A stretch of DNA of 64,000 nt from Novosphingobium sp. GTDB lineage: Bacteria; Pseudomonadota; Alphaproteobacteria; Sphingomonadales; Sphingomonadaceae. Shown piece by piece: positions 30,500 through 40,306 of this stretch; positions within the stretch are counted from its first letter, which is position 1, and every line of letters starts with the position of its first letter. Under the pieces are notes generated by a model. That model was not told where the DNA came from. It saw only the letters and a program-made list of their open reading frames with translations, and made no database searches. The translations under genes and the position numbers were made by a program. Location: assembly GCA_030697365.1 (NCBI GenBank), contig JAUYQH010000200.1:4670-68669 (forward strand), given 5' to 3'.

Positions 30500-31291
30500 T
30501 CACAACGTGAACCCCTCGCCCAGATACAGCCGGCGCACGTTTTCGTCCGCCACCAGCGCCTCGGGCGATCCGGCGAACAGCACCTGCCCGCCGTAGATGA
30601 TGCAGGCGCGATCGACGATGTCGAGCGTTTCGCGCACGTTGTGATCGGTGATCAGCACCCCGATCCCGCGGTTCTTGAGATCGGTGATGAGGTGGCGGAT
30701 GTCGTTGATCGAGAGCGGATCGATCCCGGCGAACGGCTCGTCGAGCAGCATGATCGAGGGATTCGCGGCGAGTGCCCGGGCGATCTCGCAGCGCCGCCGT
30801 TCGCCGCCCGACAGCGCCATGGCCGCGCTGGTCCGCAGCCGGGTCAGCCCGAATTCGTCGAGCAGCCGATCCAGCTCCTGAGCGCGCACAGCCCGGTCGG
30901 GTTCGACCAGCTCGAGCACGCAGTTGATATTCTGCTCAACCGTCATCCCGCGGAAGATCGAGGTTTCCTGCGGCAAATAGCCCAGTCCCAGGATCGCCCG
31001 GCGGTACATCGGCAGCTTGGTGATATCGACCCCGTCTAGCAAGATCCGGCCGCTGTCGGGGCGGACCAGCCCCATGATCGAATAGAAGCAGGTGGTCTTG
31101 CCCGCGCCGTTGGGGCCGAGCAGGCCGAGCACTTCGCCCTTGCCGACCGACAGCGAGATGTCGCTGAGCACCGCCCGCTTGTCATAGCTCTTGGCGATCG
31201 AGACCACTTCGAGTCCGCCCTGCGGCACCGGCGGCGAGGCATCGGCAGCGCGTTGCGCGACGGCCAGATCGGGGTCGTGCAGCGCGTTCAT
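30500..31291 (-). CDS. lptB: LPS export ABC transporter ATP-binding protein
   Basis: GPNGAGKTT, YLPQETSIF, LSGGERRRCEIARAL, LLDEPFAGIDP, ITDHNVRETL; start (31291 or slightly downstream) uncertain. Confidence 0.95.
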   Translation of the reverse strand: MNALHDPDLAVAQRAADASPPVPQGGLEVVSIAKSYDKRAVLSDISLSVGKGEVLGLLGPNGAGKTTCFYSIMGLVRPDSGRILLDGVDITKLPMYRRAILGLGYLPQETSIFRGMTVEQNINCVLELVEPDRAVRAQELDRLLDEFGLTRLRTSAAMALSGGERRRCEIARALAANPSIMLLDEPFAGIDPLSINDIRHLITDLKNRGIGVLITDHNVRETLDIVDRACIIYGGQVLFAGSPEALVADENVRRLYLGEGFTL

Positions 31292-31375
31292 GCGCGGTGG
31301 CTGGCGGTCGAAAATCGCATCGTCGCAGTCCATAGCACGCGCGCCAAGCGGCGAAAGCCCCTGCCATGGCGCGTC

Positions 31376-31391
31376 TGGCAGGATTTATGCA
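31376..31391 (+). promoter_or_regulatory. Candidate sigma-54 promoter
   Basis: TGGCAGGATTTATGCA: GG and GC separated by the required 10 nt, two mismatches to TGGCACG-N4-TTGCW. Confidence 0.45.
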
Positions 31392-31489
31392 TGGCTCATC
31401 GCGCGCCCGATGTTGCAAAATGGTGAATGCGCTTGCTCCCGATGGTCGCAAGGGCGATAGTCGCTGCGGGAAAAGGGTGGAGAAGGGCC

Positions 31490-31876
31490 ATGGTCAAAGC
31501 CGTGCGCAACCATCGGGTCGATGGAGAGTTCGGAGCGCCGCCGCGCCAGCGTGACTGGCGCAAGGCGATGAGCGACAACGTCGCCTATGCACTGCTGGTC
31601 TATACCGGGCTGCAGATTTTCATGACGATCACTGCGATGAAGAAGCTCGCCGAAGGCTCGTCGCTTCCCTATCTCTCGCTGATCATCCTCGTCGCTGCGA
31701 TCATCCCCGCCTGCCGCCGGTTTGAGCGCCGCTGGGATTTGATCGGCGAAAAGAACGCCGCCGACCCCGCGCTGCGCGGCTATTTCCGCCGTGACCAGGC
31801 GTTCCTGTGGCTGCTGGCGATCGGCCTGCCGTTCGTCCTGACCGGGATCATCATCGGAATCGAACGGCTGATCTGA
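31490..31876 (+). CDS. Small hypothetical membrane protein (3 TM)
   Basis: Three hydrophobic helices, typical codon usage; start could be 31427, 31490 or 31568. Confidence 0.75.
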   Translation: MVKAVRNHRVDGEFGAPPRQRDWRKAMSDNVAYALLVYTGLQIFMTITAMKKLAEGSSLPYLSLIILVAAIIPACRRFERRWDLIGEKNAADPALRGYFRRDQAFLWLLAIGLPFVLTGIIIGIERLI

Positions 31877-31964
31877 CCAGCCCCCGGGCTCGTTTGACCC
31901 AACCCGGACCCCCCGCTAGAGGCGGTCGCCCGCCCGCATCCCGCCGGCGCAAGGTCGCGCCCCG

Positions 31965-33311
31965 ATGCTGTCCCCCGAACAAGCGCAAGCCCGCTGCCAG
32001 GCGCTGGTCGAGCGCGCCCGCGCTGCCGGCGCGGATGTCGCCGATGCGCTGTTTTCGGCCAGTTCGTCGCAAAGCGTGCAGGTCCGGCTGGGTGCCTTGG
32101 AAGATGTCGAGCGATCGGAGAGCGAACACGCTTCGTTGCGGGTGTTCGTGGGCCGCGGCACCGCCAGCATCGGTTCGTCCGACCTGTCGGACGCCGCCTT
32201 GGGCGAACTCGCCGAGCGAGCGGTGGCGATGGCCCGCGCTGCGCCCGAGGACAAGTTTGCAGGGCTGGCTCCCGATGAGATGCTGCTGCGCGGCGCTCCG
32301 CCGCAGCTCGATCTGGTCGATCCGCAAGAGTATGCGCCAGCCGAACTGCGCGCCCGCGCCGAAGCGGCGGAGGATGCCGCGCGCGCGGTTGCCGGGGTAA
32401 CCAACAGCGAGGGCGGCAGCGCCAGCCTGGGCGCTTCGGTGGTCGCGCTGGCGACCAGCGCCGGGTTCGCGGGCGGCTATGCGACGACCAGTCACTCGCT
32501 CTCGGCCAGCGTGGTTGCGGGCGAAGGCGCGGGGATGCAGCGCGACTACGCCTGGCGGGTCGCACATCACGCTTCCGACCTGCCCTCAGCCGCGGAGATC
32601 GGGCAGCTTGCGGGAACGCGTGCGGTGGCGCGGCTCGATCCGCAGCCGATGACCAGCGGACCGCGCCCGGTGGTGTTCTCGCCGCGCGTCGGGGGATCGC
32701 TGGTCGGGCACCTGCTCGGTGCGATCAGCGGCGCGGCGATCGCGCGCAAGGCCAGCTTCCTGCTGGGACGCGAGGGTCAGCAGATCTTCGCGCCGGGCAT
32801 CGTCATCCGCGACGACCCGCATCGCAGGCGCGGGGTACGCTCGCGCCCGTTCGACGGCGAGGGCCTGCCCACCGCCGCGCGCGCGCTGGTCGAGGACGGG
32901 AGGATCACCGGCTGGCTGATGGATTCGGCCGCCGCACGCCAGCTCGGCCTTGCTCCCACCGGCCATGCCACGCGCGGCCACGGCGGGGCTCCGGGTGTCA
33001 GCGCGGGCAACGTTACGATCGAGCCGGGCGCGTGCGGCGTCGCCGAGCTGATCGGCGACATCGCCGACGGGGTCTACGTCACCGAACTGATTGGCCAGGG
33101 AGTCAACGGCGTGACGGGTGACTACAGCCGCGGCGCCAGCGGACTGCGCATCGTCAACGGCCAGTTCGCCGGGCCGGTCGCGGGAATCACCATCGCGGGC
33201 AACCTGCTCGCCATGTTCGCGCAGCTCAGCGCGGCGGACGACCTGGAAACCTACCGCGGGATCGACGTGCCGACGCTGCGGGTAGACGGTATGACGGTAG
33301 CGGGGGAGTAA
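31965..33311 (+). CDS. pmbA: PmbA/TldE family metalloprotease subunit
   Basis: EDVERSE, NSEGGSA, RSRPFDGEG, GVNGVTGDYSRGASG, ITIAGNL motifs. Confidence 0.92.
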   Translation: MLSPEQAQARCQALVERARAAGADVADALFSASSSQSVQVRLGALEDVERSESEHASLRVFVGRGTASIGSSDLSDAALGELAERAVAMARAAPEDKFAGLAPDEMLLRGAPPQLDLVDPQEYAPAELRARAEAAEDAARAVAGVTNSEGGSASLGASVVALATSAGFAGGYATTSHSLSASVVAGEGAGMQRDYAWRVAHHASDLPSAAEIGQLAGTRAVARLDPQPMTSGPRPVVFSPRVGGSLVGHLLGAISGAAIARKASFLLGREGQQIFAPGIVIRDDPHRRRGVRSRPFDGEGLPTAARALVEDGRITGWLMDSAAARQLGLAPTGHATRGHGGAPGVSAGNVTIEPGACGVAELIGDIADGVYVTELIGQGVNGVTGDYSRGASGLRIVNGQFAGPVAGITIAGNLLAMFAQLSAADDLETYRGIDVPTLRVDGMTVAGE

Positions 33312-33344
33312 AATCCTCTCCAAGCCTGCTCGGAGAGGACCTGG

Positions 33345-33872
33345 CTATCCCTTCGCCCGTTCGATCGCCTCGATCACAATGCGCCGCGCGTCGTCGGCGT
33401 CGCCCCATTTGCCCACCCGCACCCACTTCTCGGGCTCCAGATCCTTGTAGTGGGTGAAGAAGTGCTCGATTTGCTGGAGCACGATCGAGGGCAGGTCCTG
33501 GCGCTCGCCGATGTCCGAATAATATGGGAAGGTCGTGTCCACCGGCACGCAGATCAGCTTTTCGTCGCCGCCGGCCTCGTCTTCGAGATTGAGCACCCCG
33601 ATCGGCCGCGCGCGGACCACGCAGCCCGGGATGAACGGCGAGCGGGCGATGACCAGCGCGTCGAGCGGGTCGCCGTCAGGCGAAAGCGTGTGCGGCACGA
33701 ACCCATAGTTGGCCGGATAGCGCATCGGGGTGTGGAGAATGCGGTCGACGAACAGCGCGCCCGAAGCCTTGTCGAACTCGTACTTCACCGGCTCGCCGCC
33801 GACGGCGACCTCGATGATCACGTTGAGGCTTTCGGGCGGGCTATCGCCGACGGGGATTTTGGTGATGTCCAT
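33345..33872 (-). CDS. ppa: Inorganic pyrophosphatase (family I)
   Basis: VKYEFDK, YPANYGFVP, DGDPLDAL, DEAGGDEK, IEHFFTHYKDLE. Confidence 0.97.
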   Translation of the reverse strand: MDITKIPVGDSPPESLNVIIEVAVGGEPVKYEFDKASGALFVDRILHTPMRYPANYGFVPHTLSPDGDPLDALVIARSPFIPGCVVRARPIGVLNLEDEAGGDEKLICVPVDTTFPYYSDIGERQDLPSIVLQQIEHFFTHYKDLEPEKWVRVGKWGDADDARRIVIEAIERAKG

Positions 33873-33911
33873 GGCGGCGCCCTTTAGCCCCCATGCTGCA
33901 CTGCGGCAATG

Positions 33912-35852
33912 CTACTTGCGCGCACGCGGGGCCAGCAGGCGGTCGAGTCCTCCGTCGCCGTTGGCAGTCTTTTCCAGCCACGGATAGCGCAAGCCGCCGT
34001 GCCACGCGACCGGCACGGTGCGGAACGCCTCGCCGCGCTTGACGATAAGGCGGAGCGGGTCCTTGCTCCCCTTGGCCGCGGTGATTGCCGATTTTATTTC
34101 GTCCGTCGAGAAGGCGACATCGTTGACCGCGACGATCTGCGTGCCGGTGACCAACCCGGCATCGAACGCCGGGCTGTCCCAGCGCACCGTGGTGACCTTG
34201 CCCTCGCCATCGACGTTGACGCCCAGCGAATAGAACAGGTTGGTGAACTTTCCGTCGGCCATCCGGCCTTCCTCGAACGAATTGGGTTTCTCCTTCCACA
34301 CCAGCCGGTATCCGGCCTGGGTGATCCCGGCGAGCGGCGCTGGCTGGTTCGGGGTCTTGATCCGCGCGGTCAGGAACGTCGCCCAGTCGTGGGGATAAAC
34401 CGCGTTCAACGTGCGCACGACCTCGTCGAAATCGTAGGTCCGCACTCCCCAGTCGCCGTCGCGCCCGCCGAAGAAGACGCGGGCGAAATTGTCCAGACCC
34501 CGCGCCCCGCGCGTGCCCTGGCGGATGAGCTGGTCGGCCTCCAGCCAGACCAGCGCACTTTCGACGTAGTAGTCCTCCGATCGGGCAAGCGACGAGTACG
34601 GCAACGGCCGGCGGCGGTTGATGATCGGATCGTTGGTGGTGTCGTCGACCGCGCGCCACGCGCGCCCCGGCTGTCCCTCGGCATAGTTGGCCGCGGCGTT
34701 GGCGAACATCGCAAGCACCGTGTCTTTCGATTGCACGCCCGATCTCGCCGCCAGGACATAGCCCCAGAACTGGGTCTGGCCTTCATAGACCCAAAGCAGG
34801 CTGTTCTGCATGGGGGTGCGGTAGTCCGGCGTCCACAGGTCGGCCGGTCGGCGGTACTTGCCGTTCCACGAATGGACCAGCTCGTGCGGGATCACGTTGT
34901 GGTCCCAATCCATCTTGTCCCATTCGATCCACGATTTGGGCTCGTACTGGTTTTCGCTCGAGCGATGGTGCTCGAGCCCGATCCCGCCCATCCGGTTGGT
35001 CATCGCCAGCAGGAAATCATAGTGATCGAACGGGCGCGTGCCATACAGAGCCAGCGATTCGTCGATCAGGTTGCGATAGGTCTGCATGTGCTCGGGCTTG
35101 ATCGCCAGAAGCTCGGGCTTGTCGGCGATCGCATCCATCCACACCCCGTGGCCGAGATCGGTGCGGGTCGCATAGCGCCCTGCGAAGATCGGCGAATCGA
35201 CCAGCGTCTCGTAGTCGGTCGCGGCCCAGGTATGGATGCCGCCGCGCGCGGTCTTGCCGTCGAGCGCGGTGAACACGGTCCATCCCTCGGGCGCCTTGAC
35301 CGTGGGCTTGACCCTGATCTGGCGGACGTAGTGCCCGGCCGGATACAGGCTCATCTTCTCCCACTGGAGGTTGAGCATTTCGCGGGTCATCGTGATCCGC
35401 CCCTCGCTTGCCTGAAGCGGCGAGGTGTGGACGAACTTTGCTGTCACCTCGCGCACGGCGTCGGGCAGCGTCACGTGGAAGGCGAAGACGTCGAGCGGGT
35501 CGCGCTTCCACGCCAGCGGCCTGTTTCCAGCGAAAAAGCGGATGTCATTGAGCAGCGCGGCGTTGCCGGAGGGTGCGTGGTTGCCCGGCAGCCACTGCGG
35601 ATGGAGCAGGACCAGATCGCGCGCGCCCGGTTTGACCGGGATCGTCTGGGTCACCCGATAGATGCCGCGGACGACGTCGGTGGCGTCGATGTCGAGTTCG
35701 ATCGTCCCGGGATAGGGGACGTCCTGCGCCGCGGGGATCGAATTGACGATCGGTATCGCCATCGGCGCCGATCGCGGCGCCTGGGCGGTCAGCGGCGAGG
35801 TGGACAGGAACAGGGCGGCGAAGAGCGGTGCGACCGCGAGAGGCTTGTGCAT
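33912..35852 (-). CDS. M61 family glycyl aminopeptidase with C-terminal PDZ domain
   Basis: Signal peptide; GLEHHRS, HELVH zinc motif, [17 protein letters not shown]; PDZ-like SPAFDAGL. Confidence 0.93.
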   Translation of the reverse strand: MHKPLAVAPLFAALFLSTSPLTAQAPRSAPMAIPIVNSIPAAQDVPYPGTIELDIDATDVVRGIYRVTQTIPVKPGARDLVLLHPQWLPGNHAPSGNAALLNDIRFFAGNRPLAWKRDPLDVFAFHVTLPDAVREVTAKFVHTSPLQASEGRITMTREMLNLQWEKMSLYPAGHYVRQIRVKPTVKAPEGWTVFTALDGKTARGGIHTWAATDYETLVDSPIFAGRYATRTDLGHGVWMDAIADKPELLAIKPEHMQTYRNLIDESLALYGTRPFDHYDFLLAMTNRMGGIGLEHHRSSENQYEPKSWIEWDKMDWDHNVIPHELVHSWNGKYRRPADLWTPDYRTPMQNSLLWVYEGQTQFWGYVLAARSGVQSKDTVLAMFANAAANYAEGQPGRAWRAVDDTTNDPIINRRRPLPYSSLARSEDYYVESALVWLEADQLIRQGTRGARGLDNFARVFFGGRDGDWGVRTYDFDEVVRTLNAVYPHDWATFLTARIKTPNQPAPLAGITQAGYRLVWKEKPNSFEEGRMADGKFTNLFYSLGVNVDGEGKVTTVRWDSPAFDAGLVTGTQIVAVNDVAFSTDEIKSAITAAKGSKDPLRLIVKRGEAFRTVPVAWHGGLRYPWLEKTANGDGGLDRLLAPRARK

Positions 35853-35942
35853 ATCCCCTCAATGCCGGGATGCGGTTTCGGTTGCAACGGCAAGCCAGCG
35901 CCCTTCCCCCAAATCGCCATTCCCGCTAAGCGCCGCGCCAGA

Positions 35943-37166
35943 ATGAGCAAGCCATCCACTCCGCAGGCCATCCGCGGCACCCAGGACATCTTCGGCGCTG
36001 AAGCCGAAGCGTTCCAGCACGTGGTCGAGACGTTCGAACGCGTCCGCAAGCTCTACCGCTTCCGCCGGATCGAGATGCCGGTGTTTGAGAAGACCGAAGT
36101 GTTCAGCCGCTCGATCGGCGAGACCACCGACGTCGTCTCGAAGGAAATGTACAGTTTCGACGATCGCGGCGGCGAGAACCTCACTTTGCGCCCCGAATTC
36201 ACCGCCGGGATCGCGCGCGCCTATCTGACCAACGGCTGGCTGCAGCACGCACCGTTGAAGGTCGCCACCCACGGGCCGCTGTTCCGCTACGAGCGCCCGC
36301 AAAAGGGCCGCTATCGCCAATTCCACCAGCTCGACGCCGAAATCATCGGCGCGGGCGAGCCGCAAGCCGATGTCGAGTTGCTGGCGATGGCCGATCAGCT
36401 GCTCAAGGAATTGGGTATTGCCGACGGAGTGAAGCTCCACCTCAACACGTTGGGCGACGCGGAAAGCCGCGAGGCGTGGCGCGCGGCGCTGGTCGACCAT
36501 TTCGAGTTCCACCGCGGCGAGTTGTCCGAGGACAGCCAAAAGCGCCTGTCCATCAACCCGCTGCGCATCCTCGACAGCAAGGATTCCCGGGATCAGGCAT
36601 TCGTTGGTGGAGCGCCCAAGATCGACGAATTCCTGAGCGGCGAGGCGCAGGACTTCTTCGGCGCGGTCAAGGCCGGTCTCGATGCGGCGGGGGTGAAGTA
36701 CCAACGCGCCGAATCGCTGGTCCGCGGCCTCGACTACTACCGCCACACCGCGTTCGAATTCGTCACCGACCAGCTCGGCGCGCAGGGAACGGTGCTGGGC
36801 GGCGGACGGTACGATGGGCTGATGGAGACGCTCGGCGGCCCGCATACGCCAGCGGTCGGTTGGGCCGCGGGGATCGAGCGGTTGGCGATGCTGGTGGGGG
36901 AGCGGCTTGAGGCGGTCATTGATGTCGTCGTGGTAGTTGAGGATGACGCGCTTCTCGACCGCGGCATTCAGGCAGTATCCGACCTGCGCCGTGCCGGCTT
37001 TTCGTCTGAACTGATTGGGAGCGGGTCTCCGCGGAAACGTTTCGACAAAGCCGCAAAGATGGGCGCGAATTCCATTGCTTCGATCGCCAGCAGGGAAGGC
37101 GTCGTTAAAGTTTCCCTGAAGGCTGAAAACGATATCAGGGCGCGCATAGAAGGCTTTTTTGAGTGA
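35943..37166 (+). CDS. hisS: Histidine--tRNA ligase
   Basis: ATG at 35943; [46 protein letters not shown]; short atypical C-terminus. Confidence 0.97.
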   Translation: MSKPSTPQAIRGTQDIFGAEAEAFQHVVETFERVRKLYRFRRIEMPVFEKTEVFSRSIGETTDVVSKEMYSFDDRGGENLTLRPEFTAGIARAYLTNGWLQHAPLKVATHGPLFRYERPQKGRYRQFHQLDAEIIGAGEPQADVELLAMADQLLKELGIADGVKLHLNTLGDAESREAWRAALVDHFEFHRGELSEDSQKRLSINPLRILDSKDSRDQAFVGGAPKIDEFLSGEAQDFFGAVKAGLDAAGVKYQRAESLVRGLDYYRHTAFEFVTDQLGAQGTVLGGGRYDGLMETLGGPHTPAVGWAAGIERLAMLVGERLEAVIDVVVVVEDDALLDRGIQAVSDLRRAGFSSELIGSGSPRKRFDKAAKMGANSIASIASREGVVKVSLKAENDIRARIEGFFE

Positions 37167-37174
37167 TCATCTCC

Positions 37175-37261
37175 GTCGCCCCTGCGCAGGCAGGGGCCTA
37201 TCCAAGCTGGCGGCATTGCACTTCGATGGATTGGATGGACCCCGGCCTTCGCCGGGGTGAC
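37175..37261. repeat. REP/BIME-like element (GTCACCCCGGCGAAGGCCGGGGTCCA class)
   Basis: Two inverted hairpins GTCGCCCCTGCGCAGGCAGGGGCCTATCC and GGATGGACCCCGGCCTTCGCCGGGGTGAC between hisS and prfA. Confidence 0.82.
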
Positions 37262-37287
37262 GGGGTTGGTTGTGGTGAGGTAACGAC

Positions 37288-38358
37288 GTGACGGTATCCG
37301 ACGCACGGCTTGCCCAAATCGCCGAACGGTTCGCGCAGCTTGAGGCGCGGCTGGCTTCCGGGACGCTTGAAGGCACCGAATTCGTTTCCGCGTCGCGCGA
37401 CTATTCCGAACTCGAACCCGTCGCCCGCGCCGCCTCACATGTGCGCGAGATGCGTGGTGAACTCGCCGAACTCAGCGGCATCAGCGATCCTGATCCCGAA
37501 ATGCGTGCGCTTGTCTCTGACGATATCGCCCGGCTCAATGCAGAACTTCCCGCGGCCGAGCAGGCGCTCGCCATCGCCATGCTCCCGCGCGACTCCGCCG
37601 ATGCGCGCCCGGCGATGCTCGAGATCCGCGGCGGGACCGGGGGCGACGAGGCGGCGTTGTTCGCCGCCGACCTGTTCCGGATGTACGAGCGGTTTGCCCA
37701 GGAGCGCGGCTGGAAGGTCGAGGTCATCTCGGCGAACGTCAACGACCTTGGCGGATACAAGGAAATCGTCGCCAACATCGCCGGAACGGGCGTGTTCGCG
37801 ATGCTGAAATACGAATCCGGCGTCCACCGCGTCCAGCGCGTGCCCGTCACCGAAAGCGGCGGACGAATCCATACGTCTGCGGCGACCGTCGCAGTCCTGC
37901 CCGAGCCCGATGAGGTCGATGTCCAGATCGAACCGGGCGACATCAGGATCGACATCTATCGCGCCAGCGGCGCGGGGGGCCAGCACGTCAACACCACCGA
38001 TTCCGCGGTGCGCCTGACCCACCTGCCGACCGGGCTCGTCGTGATCCAGCAGGACCAGCGCAGCCAGCACAAGAACAAGGACAAGGCGATGCAGGTGCTG
38101 CGCACGCGGCTGTACGACTTGCGCCGCGCCGAGGCGCACGGGGCCGAGGCCGAGGCGAGGAAAGCGATGGTCGGATCGGGCGACCGCTCCGAACGCATCC
38201 GCACCTACAACTTCCCCCAAGGCCGGGTGACCGACCACCGGATCGGGCTGACGCTCCACCGCCTGCCCGAGATCCTCGAAGGCCCGGGCTTGAGCGAACT
38301 GGTGGACGCGCTGATCGCCGAGGACCAGGCCAAGCGGCTGGCGGCGATCGGGGAGTGA
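37288..38358 (+). CDS. prfA: Peptide chain release factor 1
   Basis: [19 protein letters not shown] (PxT), [18 protein letters not shown]. Confidence 0.98.
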   Translation: MTVSDARLAQIAERFAQLEARLASGTLEGTEFVSASRDYSELEPVARAASHVREMRGELAELSGISDPDPEMRALVSDDIARLNAELPAAEQALAIAMLPRDSADARPAMLEIRGGTGGDEAALFAADLFRMYERFAQERGWKVEVISANVNDLGGYKEIVANIAGTGVFAMLKYESGVHRVQRVPVTESGGRIHTSAATVAVLPEPDEVDVQIEPGDIRIDIYRASGAGGQHVNTTDSAVRLTHLPTGLVVIQQDQRSQHKNKDKAMQVLRTRLYDLRRAEAHGAEAEARKAMVGSGDRSERIRTYNFPQGRVTDHRIGLTLHRLPEILEGPGLSELVDALIAEDQAKRLAAIGE

Positions 38359-38374
38359 AGTTGTCGTCAGCCCC

Positions 38375-39274
38375 GTGACCGTCGCCCTCGCCCTGCGGGA
38401 AGCCGCGGATGCCCTCGCCGAGGTTTCCGACACCCCCCGTCTCGATGCCGAATTGCTGATGGCGCATGTGCTGGGCGTGTCGCGCCCTGAAATGCTCCTC
38501 TACGCGATGCGTGATCCGGTGCCCGCGGGGATCGCCTCGCTGGTCGTGCGCCGCCTGCGCCACGAGCCGGTTGCCTACATCCTCGGGGTGCAGGAATTTT
38601 ACGGACTCGACCTGATCGTCACCCCCGACGTGCTGATCCCGCGCGGCGACAGCGAGACGCTGGTCGAGGCGGCGCGCGCCGACTTGGCGGAGCGGCCACC
38701 CGAGCGGATTCTCGATCTCGGCACCGGATCAGGCGCATTGCTGCTCGCGGCGCTGTCGCTGTGGCCCGCAGCGCGCGGCGTGGGGATCGATCGATCGCTC
38801 GGTGCGATGGCCGTCGCCGCGGCCAACGCGGGGCGGCTAGGGATGGCGACGCGCGCGCGCATCCTCCACGACGACTGGAACCGCCCCGGCTGGATCGAGG
38901 CGCTTGGCAGGTTCGATCTGATCCTCGCCAACCCGCCCTATGTTGAGGACGTCGCCGCGCTCGCACCGCAAGTGCGCGGGTACGAACCGGCGGGCGCGCT
39001 GTTTTCCGGGATCGACGGCCTCGACGCCTACCGCGTGCTGATCCCCCAGTTACCTTCGCTGCTCGCACCCGATGCACTGGCGGTGGTCGAGATCGGCGCG
39101 ACCCAGGCCGATGCGGTCGGCGCACTGGGCGGGGCTGCGGGCTTGAGTGCCACGCTCCACCGCGATCTGGCCCATCGCCCCCGCGCGCTCGCTCTGAGGA
39201 ATAAGGCCTTCAAGAAAGCGCTTGGCAAACCGGGCGATCCGCATTACCTCGAAGCTAAGCCGGTAGGTGGATGA
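38375..39274 (+). CDS. prmC: Release factor glutamine methyltransferase
   Basis: EPVAYILG, VLIPR, LDLGTGSG, NPPY; follows prfA. Confidence 0.96.
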   Translation: MTVALALREAADALAEVSDTPRLDAELLMAHVLGVSRPEMLLYAMRDPVPAGIASLVVRRLRHEPVAYILGVQEFYGLDLIVTPDVLIPRGDSETLVEAARADLAERPPERILDLGTGSGALLLAALSLWPAARGVGIDRSLGAMAVAAANAGRLGMATRARILHDDWNRPGWIEALGRFDLILANPPYVEDVAALAPQVRGYEPAGALFSGIDGLDAYRVLIPQLPSLLAPDALAVVEIGATQADAVGALGGAAGLSATLHRDLAHRPRALALRNKAFKKALGKPGDPHYLEAKPVGG

Positions 39275-39460
39275 CACGCTCCCGCCCGCCAGGCCCACTC
39301 CACCATTTGCCGCAGCGCAAGGGCCAAGGCCCTGCCCCGCACCGCAGATGAGGGACTTTCGCGAGGTAAGTTGGCCCGATGCCAACGAGTGCGCGTGGGG
39401 TGTTTCGCGACCGGTCCGGCCTGATGCCGCCCGCTTGCCCAGCCAGAGGACAAGGCTGTC

Positions 39461-40285
39461 TTGAACAACAACAACAGCAACCGTAACAACAACAACCGGC
39501 GCCGCGGTCGGGGCAACAACAATCGCCCGCAGGGCGGCGGCCAGCAGCTCAACCGGATCGACAGCCGCGCGCGCGGCAACGCGCCGCAGATGCTCGAGAA
39601 GTATCGCAAGCTGGCGTCTGACGCGCACCTCAACGGCGACCGGGTCCAGGCCGAGTACTATCTTCAGTTCGCCGATCACTATTTCCGGGTGATCGCCGAC
39701 ACCCGCGTTCGCCAGGAAGAGCAGCGCGGAGGGCGTCGCGATGAGAATTCCGGCGAGGGCGGCAACTACGATCAGGGCGACGACGGCGAATTCGGCAACG
39801 AAGGCGATATGCCCGGTTTCGACCAGCCGATGAACTATCGGCGCGAGGAACCGCGCGAGCCCAGAGAGCCCCGCGAGAATCGCGAATCGCGTGAACCTCG
39901 GCAGGATGACGGCAACCGCGAAAGCCGCAGCTACGAGCAGCGCGGACCGCAGCGTCCGCGTCAGCCCGAAGCGCAGCCGGTCGCCGAAGCCGCCCCCGAG
40001 GGGGAGGGCGATTCTCAACCACCGGCCGCCAACCCGTTCACCCGGAACACCCGCGGCCTGCGCCCGCGACGTGATCGCGACGAGCGCCCCGCCGCCGATC
40101 GCAGCAGCGAGGCAGCCGAGCCTTTCGGACTGGATCCGTCGATCCTGCCCCCGGCCATCGCCGAATCGCGCGCTGCGGTTATCGCGAGCGAGGGTGACGA
40201 AGCACCGGCCCCGCGTCGTCGCGGCCGCCCGCGCAAGACCCCGATCGCCGACGGCGGCGAACCGCTCGAGGTGGTGGGCGGCTGA
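39461..40285 (+). CDS. DUF4167 domain protein with long disordered C-terminus
   Basis: IDSRARGNAPQMLEKY..GDRVQAEYYLQFADHYFR core; N/R/G-rich N-terminus; RE(P/N/S) repeats; typical position after prmC. Confidence 0.9.
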   Translation: MNNNNSNRNNNNRRRGRGNNNRPQGGGQQLNRIDSRARGNAPQMLEKYRKLASDAHLNGDRVQAEYYLQFADHYFRVIADTRVRQEEQRGGRRDENSGEGGNYDQGDDGEFGNEGDMPGFDQPMNYRREEPREPREPRENRESREPRQDDGNRESRSYEQRGPQRPRQPEAQPVAEAAPEGEGDSQPPAANPFTRNTRGLRPRRDRDERPAADRSSEAAEPFGLDPSILPPAIAESRAAVIASEGDEAPAPRRRGRPRKTPIADGGEPLEVVGG

Positions 40286-40306
40286 TCCTTCGAGGCACCA
40301 GGTAGC

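Noticed and set aside
33909-37166. 1085-aa ORF on the + strand
   Set aside because: Chimera: an antisense shadow of the M61 peptidase running in frame into hisS; real hisS starts at 35943
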